DNA of 64,000 nucleotides. Origin: Azolla caroliniana (Eukaryota; Plantae; Polypodiophyta). Positions 1 to 12,999 of this stretch are shown here, piece by piece. How positions within the stretch are numbered: the stretch's first letter is position 1; each line of letters starts with the position of its first letter. Made by a program: the position numbers and the translations under genes. The DNA lies in contig JBHGNT010000015.1 in NCBI GenBank assembly GCA_043228905.1, forward strand, positions 5,394,001 through 5,458,000. Direction: 5' to 3'. The notes beneath the pieces are model-generated. The model was not told the origin of the DNA, made no database searches, and was given only the letters and a program-made list of their open reading frames with translations.

Positions 1-1147
1 CCATTAATATCTATGAAGTAAGAAATCTAGAGCAGATCAAGGAGACATCAAAGATATATGGAGGGTAACTTCAGATGGAAACTTCCCAATAGAATGCCTA
101 GCTTTCTCTTGAGAGAGTTCCTTACCCCACCTCAGTTCTCCATGTTCTAGATACTATACAATCAATCTACACCTATTGGATTCCAATGGAAATCACGGTG
201 GTACACATATAGGATGATTGTCAACTGCATAAGTAGAATGAGAATGATACAATTTAAGTCACTTTTATCTTTTTTATAATCGTCTGCACATTTACCAGAT
301 TATGCATCAAATGCATACCATATCTTAAGTGAGATTCTAGTAGGAAACTCCATCTTATTTGTTGCATATATATGATGAGATGCAACGAAAACCAGTATTG
401 CATTATCAACGGAATTCATCGACTAAATTTTGCTAGAAACTCTCTTTCAACAATGCATTGACAAGCTAAAATTTAGACTAGCTGATATATGAAGAAATAG
501 ACGAAGAATAACTCCCTATTCTTGGATTTCTTCCAATTTTCGCATGCAAATCAACATAAAATATTTGGGACTTAATTTTCCCACGTACATAACACCAATG
601 ATTACAAAACATAGCCAACGTTTCTACCGGCATGCTTTTTTGTCCGACTAATCGAATAATCATTTGTAATAAACTGGAAAAGGGATTTCAGCTAAATAAT
701 TGAACAGTCCTAACCGTGTGCAAAACTTGTGATATCCAGAAAATCCAACATGGCATTTCAATAGTGATATTCTTGAGATGAACCCATTAAACAAAAAACT
801 AGGGACACACAGTAAAACCAATCAATTTCTCTGTGAATCAATAGCCATAAGATGGCCTACCTTTGCTAATACAGCAGGGTTAATTGTAATGGTGTTTTAT
901 TGAAGAAATAATCACTGTTTTTCGGATTTTCAGATGGAAAAACTATGAACAAGCATATACATTGTATAGCCTGAAGTCTTCGAATTCTAAAGTTTTTCGA
1001 TTCAAGACATAACAATTAATCAATCAGAAAATAGTCAGTTAATGTGATAAAGGTGATAACTTGGTGTTTTTATATTTTTTATTTGTAAGAATTATGCTAC
1101 TCAATGAGAAAATGATTTGATAATGACAACCAAATCAATATGCTTAC

Positions 1148-1506
1148 TTAATAGTATCGAGATTGTTGCAGACTTGCAACCATTGAGAAGGATCTCCGTA
1201 GATTTCCTCCCGTGTGAGCAAAACAACAACCACAGCTGGCACTTTGGTTCGATGCTTCCGTAGCCAGTCGATCTTCAGAATACCGAATGGAGGAAGAAGA
1301 GGTGGCGGTGCCTTCATATCCACGGACTTCCTCTCTTTCCCACCAATAACGGAGGCTTTCGAGAAGTCAGGGAGAGCAAGAGTATTGATAGGAACGGGCT
1401 CCGCGTGCAAGTAAGAGGAGATAACAGAGTGAAGCTCTGTGACACCCACGAGGGCGACTAAAGGGAGAGGAGGTGTGCGGAGCTCCTGGGAGTAGAGCTC
1501 TTCCAT
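1148..1506 (-). CDS. TRAPPC11: Trafficking protein particle complex subunit 11, first coding exon (gene continues left of the window)
   Basis: MEELYSQELRTPPLPLVALVG...GILKIDWLRKHRTKVPAVVV...GDPSQWLQVCNNLDTIK matches the plant TRAPPC11 N-terminus as recalled. AA|GTAAGC donor at 1147. Confidence 0.9.
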
Positions 1507-2206
1507 GGCCTTCTCTTCCTGTGGTCCTTTCAGAGGAGTAGGCGGAACCCTAGATTGCAGGGGCTTGGGAACAGGGGAGATTGAGATCTCTCTGCTTTAA
1601 CACAGAGAGAGGGTTCCTTGAAGAAGAAGAAGAAGAAGAAGAAGAAGATCCATGGCTAATGAAAGTAAATATGCAGGCAGATCTATGACAGCAAAGTGCC
1701 AAGGACTGGCCATCTCTGGGATTGGGATTAACAATCGGTTTAAATGGTTTTATAGTTCGGTTCAGTTTTAAGTTTCAATTTATTTAAACGGTTTGAGTTT
1801 GACACTCTCGAACCCAATCGAATTGTTGCTCGATTGCTAATTGGGATGGTGAGGGATACATGCATACATAGATGGGTGGGTTTGGCCATTGGGATCGGCA
1901 ATAAGCATATCTGTGTTGCACCTCCCTTGTCCATCAGATATGTCCACCACTACGTGTTTCCTCTAGCTAATAACATCGCCCAAAACTTAAAGAGGGCATT
2001 TCGTGTTCAAGATCGGGGAAGGTCATCTCGCTCACATCTCTATTCTACAGTCGAGAAGACAACCGAAGGTAATATAATGGCAATCACCAGATGCGACAAG
2101 AGAAGATGGTTGGGTCTAAAGCTATGATAACATATATGTGCTTGAGTTTGTGTCCCTCTTGGCGACGTATTATGATGGGTGTCTCTCTTTGCCGTCAAAA
2201 ATATTT

Positions 2207-2511
2207 GATCTAACTAAAGAAAGAGAAGTCATACCAATGCGCTCTCACAAAAAATGTTTAAGTGTTCTATCGGAAGATGTATATTTACATAGCATTCATC
2301 CCTTGTGACATCCAACGGTTCTATAATTCCATCCATTGAGCATATCATCATATATTTATAAAAACATTCGATCTAACTAAAGAAAGATAAGTCATACCAA
2401 TGCGCTCTCACAAAAAATGTTATCAAAAGATGTATATTTACATAGCATTCACCCCTCGCGACATCCAACGGTTCTATAATTCCATCCATTGAGCATATCA
2501 TCATATATTTA
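2207..2511. repeat. Direct tandem duplication, ~163-bp unit x2, upstream of TRAPPC11
   Basis: GATCTAACTAAAGAAAGA.AAGTCATACCAATGCGCTCTCAC...GAGCATATCATCATATATTTA occurs twice (~2207 and ~2370). Confidence 0.85.
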
Positions 2512-4030
2512 CAAGCAAACAAATATCAAATTGCTAGCTTTAAAATATGATTAGATGACTTTACGAGTTCAAGACCCACTCAACAACATTTGATGATGTG
2601 TCTACCTTCAAAAGTTTTGGTCTTTTATAGTACATTTGAAAGATTTGGTACCGTATGTTGCTTTTTGAGACAAATGGATGTTATATGACAATATATAATA
2701 CTTCTACCACCTCCAACACATATTATTGCAACATAAAATACGTCCTACCATCTCTCATGAACAACATGTTTTTTAGACCAATAGATATTCCTATATTGAC
2801 CACATGATATTCCTATATCAACCGCACGATATTCCTTGCCACATTTAGTGAACTCGCCATACTAATGTGCTTTGTGAGATGGGAAGCAAGTTTATGTTAT
2901 TGATGTGAAGGGAACACAATTTTTATCGTTTAAGTACCCTTACAACCCTTGGCTATACACTTTTATTTTTAGGAGTAGATGTTACCAGTCAAAACCATAA
3001 TGTAACTGAACTATTACAAATCAAAATACTAATGATAAACAATACTATTTAGATTAATAATTTTATGGTTTAAGGGTGCTTAACTACATGAACCATCCCC
3101 AAGCGAAAGACAAGAGATGAGCATAAAAAAATAACATATCATGGAAGTTTAGATGAACAAATATAGTTTTAAGAAAGAGAGTTTTTGTTATAGACATAAT
3201 CTTATGTGCCAATTCTATAGCTAATTTTAATAGGTTAAGTGTGGTAGTCAAGAATTTGATTATCCTAGGAACTAGCACAAGCCCATAAGGACCGATGAAA
3301 CGCGAGAACATGTGGTGCTTAGATGTCGAGCTATATAAAGGGGACTAACTAGCCCCTTCATTACAATATATTGCAACTAAAACTACATGGATGAAGTTGG
3401 AGGGAATACAGAATATGTCAATGGTAGCTTCAAGAAGCCAATGCACGTCAAAACACCTTTGTTGACTTCAACGAATATAGATTTAGTTATACAAAAATGT
3501 AAATTAGTCTTACAATAAGTAGGAAAGGTGGACACTATGTATAATTTCATCCTATATTATACAAGTAGGCAATATAATATTAGAATTAGGAGATGGTTGA
3601 CACTCAAGTATAAACTTCTTGGCATATCACATATCCAAGGCTTGTATCAACCATTTATAAGATTAACAAGTGCTACATAGATATACGATATATAGTGTCC
3701 AAACCCCAAAACGTTACAATGCTAGGGACCTCCAATCAACCTAACTTGAACCAATATCACAACTTGGCACCACCTTACGATGTTCACCTACTTGGTGTTG
3801 ATCTCATCCTCTTACATTGCAGAGACGATACCTTATGCTTGCCGGAAATGCTAAAGAACTGTTTGTTTGATTGGAGGCATATGCACATTTACTATTTAAC
3901 CTTGATCTCGTTATTGGACTAGTATGGTGGCTCTCAATAAAAAATGGAAGGATGTATGGACATTATTGGAAAATGATGTGGGATATTGGAAATGTTTAAG
4001 GAATATGTAAAGACGAGCAAGTTGCAAGCA

Positions 4031-4450
4031 CTATGAGATCACATAATGTGATATCAAACCTTGGTAAGTCCAATGAACGTCCATAACCTTTTCGATTACA
4101 CGCAAATGTAATTTGAATCTATCATACCATTTGAAACCAAATGTTTTATCACGTTCCTCACAAGTTGACTCTAGCATACCCAAAGATGTGGTACAATAAC
4201 AATCTCTTGATTGGCCATTCCCATAGGAATGATATTGCCGAGAATAACATTTTACTTTAGCCCTTTTAACCAATCAATTTGACCCCGAAGAGCAACTTTA
4301 GCCGGTAGTCTCTAGAAGACATTGCCTCTAATGAAAAACCTATTATGTTAACACATGGCTATTTGCACTTAATTGTAAAATGAAACATTTTGGGCTAATC
4401 ACTTATCGAGCTTATATGATATGGTTATTGGAATGATATTGATCAAGGCA
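4031..4450 (-). mobile_element. Highly degraded Ty3/gypsy integrase remnant
   Basis: YSRQYHSYGNGQSR resembles the integrase motif STPYYPQGNGQAE. The flanks are full of stops and frameshifts. Confidence 0.35.
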
Positions 4451-5333
4451 AAGTTTGAGGTAGAATGGAAACAACATAGAAACAATCAATTCCATGTTAT
4501 ATCATAATGTACGACCATTATGTTTATACATCATGGTAGATTTATAAAATGTACAAACATTATGGTGTAGCTTTCAGCTATAATGGTTTATGTTGCAAAA
4601 GCACAAGTTAGGGTTAAAACCATAACAAGACGGAAACAACTCATGACATTCCCACAACAAAAGCAAGGAGAGTCGAAGTATTTATAATAATGAAATGATG
4701 AATGAACTCTTAACTCTTTATATAGCAAACTTTCCCAAGAATGAAAGGAGCAAGAATCAACCTCAGTTAACTTTACTTTACAACGAAATCGTTGGCAACC
4801 AAACGACCGAGAAACGAACGAAGAGCAGCTTCGCAGCTTCTTCAATCAAATGGATTATGTGAAAAAGTGAAAGAAGCTCTCGATGAGCTCTCAACGAAAT
4901 TAAGACCCCAATCATAATTTATAAATGAGCAGGAAGGGATTGGCCAAATGCAGATATGCATAGAGAAGGCCAACCTTCGATAAACAAGCAGGCATGCCTA
5001 CATGCTTTCGGATAAATTAGAGGTAGTATTCGGATCCAAGCATACTCTTCTTCGGCTGCATTTCCTGAAGAAACAATGCGGCAGATCTCCCGATAGACTT
5101 AGACTTAACGCGGCAAATGTCCGGGCAGATTTTTCACGGTAAATTACCATATGTTTTTTTACATTTCACAAGGGAGTGAAAAAAACACACACACAAAGAA
5201 AAATAAATTTAACTCTTCTTATCTCTTGATGCAGCAGATCAATGGAACCAAACTCTCTACAGAGTGCAGAGGTACAGAAACAGAGACACAGAGAAAGAGA
5301 ACTCTAGAGAGAGAGACAGAGAGAGAGAGAGAG

Positions 5334-7086
5334 ATGCTCTCGGTGTCTTCTTCTCCACTCTCACGATGCTCTCCTCCTAGCCCCTGGGCTAACAGATCAC
5401 CATCTCCTTCATGGTCTCCGCTTAAATCGGAATGTAAACCCTCGTTGAGTCGTGTATGGCTGCGATGTAGTGCCTCTACTACTAGCGATGGCGGCAGCAG
5501 CAGAGACGAAGGAAAGAACGATTCTGGAAGTGATCGTGAGAGTGACAAAGAGAAAGAGAGAGAAATTATTAGCCTTGGAGATGGATTGGACCTCGAAGCA
5601 GAGGTATCGAGAATGCTAGAGGATATGGAGTCTCAATCTCTTATGCAAGACCTTAATGCTGCTGTGGAACGTGTGGCTAAAGCGAAGAAAGAGCTCGATG
5701 CACTGGAGGAGCTAAGGAGGCTTGCCGAAATGAAGGAGAGCAATGAGGCTGCAGATACAATGGTATGAATCCAGATCCTTTTATATTTGTACCATTTAAT
5801 CTCTCAGTGTTTGTATGTGCATGAGCCTGTGCCTGAACATGCAAACATATTCAAATACATACATTCGTCCACTTTCATAGGTATACACATACAATAAACC
5901 CTATACATGCAAGGATTTGTGCACAGCGTAAGTATATTAATGCATGTGTATATGAATGTGGTGGGTTTTTTGCATATGTATATGTATATTCTGAATGCTA
6001 GATGGATGTGTTTGGGAGTACTTAATACATTTAAATGTATATGAAGGTGGATGAATGTGTGTGTATATTGTTATGATGGTGGATGATTATGTATGTATAA
6101 GAAGGCAGAGCGATATATGCAGATGTTTAATAAATGTAGATGAATGCTAGAGGGATGTGTTCGATGGTTGAGGAATGTATATACATATGTATGGAGCTAG
6201 GGGAATGCAAGAGGGATGTGCTCATAGTCAATATTGATGTGTGTATATGTATGTATGTCTGTATGTATGTGTTCGACGAAGGTGGAGAATTGTCAGAGGG
6301 ATGTTTTTGCTGCTGAAATTGCGATGCGGGATGCCGAGATAGCACTCATTAAAGCACGTGCAGGTGATAGCATCTGGGGGTTAACTTGGGAAAAGCAAGA
6401 TGGAATGGATGAAGATGCAGAAAGGATCGAATCGGTGAAAGTGGCATCTGTTTCTGCAGTAATAGGTACCATAGCCGGGCTGCCTTTCTTTGCCGCGGCA
6501 TCCTTAGAAGGTTTTCAGCTCGGTGTCAGTGCAGGTGTTGTGTTTGCTAGTAGTGCTCTTTTTGGTCTTACTTATCGGTATGCGGTAAGGAGAGATTTGA
6601 GCAACACACAACTCAAAGCAGGATGCGTCGCAGCTTTTTCTCTCGTGAGAGGTATTATTATGCAACCTGAATCTGCTGTTTTTGCCCCTTTTCTTGTATT
6701 GCAACTTGGGGCACGGGGGATTGGAAAGAATTGAAAAAAAACTTCCTTTCTAGTTTGCAAGATTGTGGAACTGTGGATGTATCATAATTCAAAGGGAACT
6801 CCACCAGGCTATTAATCTTCAGTTATATATTTATGGATCTTATTTCAGTCGAATAGTGCTTCAATTTTGTTGAATAACTTCTTGATTTGTTTGTGTGGCA
6901 ACAGGTCTTGGGCAAATCGATGCGTCAGGAGTCCTCTTAGGCCTGCCTGATATCGAAAAGTTAAATTTCTTGAAGGGTGGATTGTTAACAGCTGAGAGTA
7001 TCTCTATTTTTGGTTTTGCAGCAGTAGCTTTAGAGTACTGTTTTAAGGAAGGGCTTCTTAGACCTTTCCCTCTAAGGGAACAATGA
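5334..7086 (+). CDS. Plastid-targeted coiled-coil plus membrane protein (plant 'homer-like' family, resembles Arabidopsis At4g24090), 3 exons
   Basis: Exons 5334-5762, 6282-6651 and 6905-7086 join in phase at GT-AG. Ser/Pro-rich transit peptide ending LRC|SA, then a coiled coil, then ERIESVKVASVSAVIGT...LFGLTYRYAVRRDL.NTQLK.G...AF, ending GLLRPFP. Confidence 0.8.
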
Positions 7087-8043
7087 TATGGCTGCATAGC
7101 TCTCACTTAACAATGTATTCTAAGATGCTTCATATGTATAAATACTCCACACTGTGGCATAACAAATTACATTTGAGTATCCTACCAGCTTCTCTGCTTA
7201 CATAGATCATTCGAGGAGATAGATACTTTATATGTTGTATGAATTCGGGCAATGTATATGATCACAGGGGATAGTATAATCAATCCGACTCTTGATTAGT
7301 ATGATAATTATTACATGCATGCTCATAATAACAAATATGATGACAAATTCTTAAGTGCACAAAACTGAAACTGGCTAATGTAGAAAGACCATGGAGTTGA
7401 AGCAATAAAGCATTCACCAAATCCCTGATTGGTAGAAGATGCAGAGATCAATTGTAAAAGATTGTTAACCATACCAACTTCTCCACAACATGATGTAAAT
7501 ATACAACATTCTGAATTTAATCAGCATAGTACTTTAACGCATTCAAATGATATATGAAAATTTGTCTACTGGAATGGAGTAACCTTCTTGGCTCAAAATA
7601 ACTCATTAAGAATCGCAACCTTTGCGTTTAAGCAAAATGCAGATACTACACAAGCTTTTCTAATGTAGTCCAAAATCCCCCAACGCTTCACCAAATTCAG
7701 AGATTGAGTAATCATGTGGTTAGGTCTATTCTGATTGGAATATACCACTACTATAAATGGAACATTTGGACTCTGCACAGTTTTATAGCAAAAAGCCCAA
7801 GAATTTACTGAATTCTGACAGTAATTAAACAGTTTGTATTCCATGCAGTCCAGAGATTTAACATCCCAGTTAGTCCACATGAAAAATGATGGTAGAAATC
7901 ATTTAATCAGGAAACCATTCAGAGGTGAACTAACACAATTGTGTGAGAATAGCAGGCAGATTACCCAGGAGACTCCTTCCAATCAAATCAGATTAAAGAT
8001 CTTCCAAGTAGTTTCTCTGTGACTTTCTGATCAATTAAGCATG

Positions 8044-10458
8044 TTAAGCACTCATTCGCACCTCTGTTGAGGTATTCTTTGATGCCTGAATACTAGATAA
8101 CGGTGCTAGCAATGGCATGTTCTCTTTATCTCTTAACTGAGAAGCTGCATAAAAAAAGAAATCCATAGTGGACCTCAGGAACCAGATATAGAGAGATAAA
8201 ACTAAATTAAGATGTCATAAGACACTTCATGCATCAATGGTATATATTCTTACCAGAGGATCCATGTTTGTGGGAGGTCTTGGAATGGTTTTGCGATGAA
8301 GTGGAGTAACTTCTAATTCCCGTTTCCTGCACTCCAATACCTTCAAGCTGAACCTTACAAGTTCCTGTACACAATAATCCTGCCCAATGTTATAAATGAA
8401 ATTCATAAATATGTGCTTTGATAGGAGTGTTTCGTTCTTACCTAAAAGGTTGCTTTTCTCTGTTAGAACTGATCCCTGAGAAGGGTGCAGTTTAGCAGAA
8501 CATAACTTCATAGAATTCTCGTCACTGCAAAGCAATGAGAATTAGGGGGTTGACCTCAAATTAATATTTATGACGGAGAAGATATTTGACATAGAAAGTG
8601 ATAGAAAAAGAATCGTATTTACCCGACTATTAGCTGGGTTGAAGATTCAGATACATCAATGAGACCCCTCATATCTCTGATGGCTTGCAAATCCTCTAGT
8701 TGTGAGAGAAGATCTGTATCAAGCTCGACATCGAAAAGATCATCCAAAGAGAGACCATCACAAGAAAATAGATCCGAAGTAGAGGATGGTGTTATATCAT
8801 GTACTGTGGTGGAGGCGTCCACATCCATTTGTGTTTGGACATCACAGGACTGTGAGCATGATTCTGAAGACATTTGCGGTGGTGATAATGATGAAGAAGA
8901 CGTTTCTCCGTAAGTAGCTGGAGAGTCTGTCTGGATAGGGTGTTTAAGAGCAATAGAATTGCTCTGATGGAGATTTGGCATTCCTGATTTATCTACAGCA
9001 CTTCTATTGGAGTTAGGACTGGAAGAGAAATCAAGCAGCCTACATTTCCTGTTATATCCCCCCTTATTGACTTTCCTGTTTGAAGTAGGCTTTGAATCAG
9101 GCCCTACAGAAGTTTGACTTTTCAAGTTTAATGAATGAACTTTGTCATTATTGCAGGACGTGACAAAGAACTGATTTTGTGAGTGTGCAGGATCTGGAGG
9201 AGGCGATTCAGAAGCATCTTTTAAATTTGAAGGTGTTGTCGGCATCATTGGAGATTGCCGATGAATATGCATGTGCTCAGTTTTTGTTGGAGGTGTCGCG
9301 GGCTGAATTACTGTCGCTCTCACAGGGAGATCAGATCTCAAGTTTGGATTGTTCTTAGAAAATGGCACCACTTGCGTGAAAGATGGATTATGAGATGAGG
9401 CTTTCGTTGCAGAATTAGAACGACGTGGTTTCTTGGCTGTATCTACAGTAACATAACCATCACCATTCCTCATCTCGTAATAGTTAGGAACTTCTATGCT
9501 AGCAATACTGGTCTCATTACTCCTGGCCCGTTTACAGAGAGTGGATGATGATCTTTGATCTTTACTCGCAGGTCCAACAGGTGCAGAAGCCGTGTTAGCT
9601 GCATACTCTAATTGTTAGAGGAAATTGTGATATTATGATGCAGATGAAAACAACTTTTCTGTAATAACTTGATTTAAATATTAGATATTTTAACATACCG
9701 GTCTGTTCTGATTTAGCAGAAGAATGTGGAATGGCTTCCGGTGAGATAGGAGGAAGAGGAAGAGCTCGATTATGAACAGTCTGGTTTCCTGAGTGATATG
9801 CACATAAGACCTCTTGCAATCCCTTGAAAAGAACATCTGCACGAGCTTTCTCTTGATTCAAAGCTATCTGTTGCTCCTTGAGGACGACATATTCATTCAA
9901 AACTGCACTTAAACTTCGAGCACCTTTCGGAACCTGCATTATTTTGTGACAGAATTAGAAAAAAGGAAGAAAGAAGGCAGATGACGATGATGATAATGAA
10001 ATATGGCGAATTGGAGGAACCAATCAAAGAAAGAAAGAACGAAATAAAAGATAGAAGCATAAGTGCCGAAGAAAACAAAGGAGCGAATTGGCGAATTCAA
10101 CGAAAAAAAGAAAATAGAAGAAGGTCCACCATGGCGAATTCAAAGAAAGGAAGAAAGCAGAAAAACATATGGCAAATTGAAAATGAAAGACACAAAGAAA
10201 AAACTGAAAAATAATTAATGAAGAAATTGCCGAGAAAAACCGATGCGCAAGATTAGAATAACATACCGACTTGAGAGACTGCAGAACGGTTTCAGCTTCA
10301 GATCGAAACTGGTCAAGCGTCTTAATGAAATTGCTATCTCTGAGGTAACATTCCACCATGAAAGCGACCTGTGTGTCTGTGACCCTGCAAGAACCCTGCT
10401 GCACGAATGGGGAAGGAGAAGGCGCCGCCATTGGAGGGAGAGCTTGCTCTGTTGCCAT
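8044..10458 (-). CDS. LisH-motif, largely disordered nuclear protein (resembles Arabidopsis At2g37960/At3g54060 family; NPAT-like N-terminus), ~6 exons
   Basis: In-phase exons 10458-10267, 9933-9699, 9598-8623, 8524-8442, 8379-8254, 8144-8044 (last exon end uncertain). N-terminus VTDTQVAFMVECYLRDSNFIKTLDQFRSEA...SLSAVLNEYVVLK; S/T/P-rich middle; basic KKPRR; acidic DDLFD patch; DKENMP near the C-terminus. Confidence 0.75.
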
Positions 10459-10763
10459 CTTGAACAATTCTGGTGGATGAAACGCAAAAAAAATACCGAT
10501 TTACAGAGGATCGAAGCGCTCAATGCTGTGTCAGCATCAATGTCGATGCCGTGGAAGGCAAGAAGAATCAGAAATAGACGAAGCGGAGAGGAAGCGAGAA
10601 GGGGCAGGGGATCACAAGAAGCAAGAAGAGGATCGAGAAGAAACAGACGAGATCAGTGAAGAATGGAGAAGGGATGAGGGGGGGCTGCTACTTCTGATGA
10701 AAACGGGGGATGGAAATTGTGAAGCGAAGGAGAGAAGTAATGGAAGCTCGAGAAATCGGCGAT

Positions 10764-10833
10764 GGCGGGAAGCAGAGATAGAGAGAAGGTTTACGAAAGA
10801 AAAGAAAAAACGAGCGAAACAGAAGGCGGGAAG
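10764..10833 (-). promoter_or_regulatory. Two E2F-like sites (CTTCCCGCC) upstream of the LisH gene
   Basis: Plus strand GGCGGGAAG at 10764-10772 and 10825-10833. Each is one base from canonical TTTCCCGC and lies ~310-375 bp 5' of the ATG. Confidence 0.4.
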
Positions 10834-10900
10834 AAAACAAAAACAAAAAGACAGAAGAGAAAGTTCGATAAAGAAAGTTAATTAAAAGTAAGGGCGCGAG

Positions 10901-11033
10901 AGCTAACAAACTAATTAAGCGATAATGGCCCCCATATTCCATGAATTCACAAAACTAGTCTCCATGAATTAAGCTAACAAACTAAATTAAGCGATAATGG
11001 GGCCCTTATTCCATGAATTCACAAAACTAGTCT
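10901..11033. repeat. ~65-70-bp direct duplication
   Basis: AGCTAACAAACTAATTAAGCGATAATGG...TTCCATGAATTCACAAAACTAGTCTCCA occurs twice. Confidence 0.8.
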
Positions 11034-11084
11034 CCACTCCATTCCAAACCTGGACACAACTTGGTTTGGAGGGTTCTTCTCTGC

Positions 11085-12082
11085 CTCCTCTGTTCAGGTG
11101 GGGTTCCATTAGGGGGGGGGTTCTTCTCATCTCTTCTCTGCCTCCTTTGTTTGGATGGTGTTCCTGCGCATACACGGAATAGCTCGAAACCTACGAGACG
11201 TAGTCGCCCGTGTTTTGCATGTGTTGCAATGTTATCACAAATAATGCAAAGCCTACAGTCCAATCAATCAGAACATCGCCCAATGGGTGACCTCTCTCTC
11301 TCTCTCTACTTGTCCTAATTATCTTACCCTAGTAGTAAGTTGTTACACTACTAGCATTACAACTTGGGTTTGAAACCTAATTACCTCATCTCTATACATA
11401 TTTTCTTAATTTACCATATGTCACTATGGAATGTAGGGGTTGAACCCACGACCTCGAGATCTCCGTTGGGCAACAGGGTGCTTCTCTGTTCAGATGGGGT
11501 TCCATTAAGGAGGGTTCTTCTCATCTCTTCTCTGCCTCCTTTGTTTGGATGGTGTTCCTGCGCATACACGGAATAGCTCAAAACCTAGGAGACGTAGTCG
11601 CCCGTGTTTTGCATGTGTTGCAATGTTATCACAAATAATACAAAGCCTACAGTCCAATCAATCATAACATCGCCCAATGGGTGACCTCTCTCTCTCTCTC
11701 TCTACTTGTCCTAATTATCTTACCCTAGTAGTAAGTTGTTACACTACTAGCATTACAACTTGGGTTTGAAACCTAATTACCTCATCTCTATACATATTTT
11801 CTTAATTTACCATGTGTCGCTATGGAATGTAGGGGTTGAACCCACAACCTCGAGATCTCCGTTGGGCAACAGGGTGCTTCTCCTCTGTTCAGATGGGGTT
11901 CCATTAGGGAGGGTTCTTCTCATCTCTTCTCTGCCTCCTTTGTTTGGATGGTGTTCCTGCGCATACACGGAATAGCTCGAAACCTAGGAGATGTAGTCGC
12001 CTGTGTTTTGCATGTGTTGCAATGTTATCACAAATAATACAAAGCCTAGAGTCCAATCAATCATAACATCGCCCAATGGGTG

Positions 12083-12132
<50 letters not shown>

Positions 12133-12296
12133 GTCCTAATTATCTTACCCTAGTAGTAAGTTGTTACACTACTAGCATTACAACTTGGGTTTGAAACCTA
12201 ATTACCTCATCTCTATACATATTTTCTTAATTTACCATGTGTCACTATGGAATGTAGGGGTTGAACCCACGACCTCAAGATCTCCGTTGGGCAACA
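11085..12296. repeat. Tandem array of three ~396-425-bp units, each with a variable (CT)n tract and a tRNA-like T-arm
   Basis: Marker TTGGGTTTGAAACC at 11364, 11760 and ~12185. Near-identical ORF translations in the track (MGLKPNYLISIHIFL...). Unit length differs mainly in the CT microsatellite. Confidence 0.95.
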
Positions 12297-12999
12297 TTAC
12301 TATTAGAATCTAACTAATTAATTGAGAAAAACATAAGGAATTATAGACCAAAGAAAGGAAAGAGAGGTACCAAAGCACTCAACCACCCCCTACCAACTAC
12401 ATGAGACGAATCTAAACCTCCTCGATGTCTCATACCATCAAAGGTTGATGCGATGACGGCACATGCTTAGTTAACAAGAGCCATAACCCACACTATTATA
12501 GTCCCAACATAAGTCAAGCCTCCCCAATAAGAAGGTCGTTAGTCTTTTTATATATGTAGACACCCTATGTCGTAGTGTGTTCACACTTTACTTTACGTGA
12601 AGTAGTTATCCCACGTCATAGAATTGAATATTACAATTCATACCCTCATTCCTTTCACAAATTAGGGACTGTCAACTATGAAAAACCTATCTCGTGATCA
12701 GTTATGATTATGCACGTAATACTTACCAACTAAGCTATATCCATCTAGGCTCTCTCTACCTCTATCTCCCCCCTCCCCTCTAGAAGTCACTTCTTTTGCT
12801 ACACACTCATGTCATCCTTGCTTCTCCTTGGCTCAAATAAGTAGTATTTTCCTCGATTGATCCATTTGTTAAAAATAACTTACTTGTCACGACCATATAT
12901 GCAAAATATTATAATTATCATAAAGATTTAAAACCCATAACTTTGTTGAAGGACACTCCTAACCTTAACCACACAATATTATATTATTTTCATATATAG

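Noticed and set aside
8227-8535. 102-aa ORF as one exon
   Set aside because: Phase analysis favours a 62-nt intron (8441-8380) that restores frame to the downstream KEN-box exon.
10243-10942. Several overlapping 84-138-aa ORFs
   Set aside because: Antisense or purine-rich low-complexity frames over the LisH gene's first exon and leader.
11427-11470. Functional tRNA gene
   Set aside because: Only the T-arm and variable region are recognisable; there is no convincing acceptor, D or anticodon stem.
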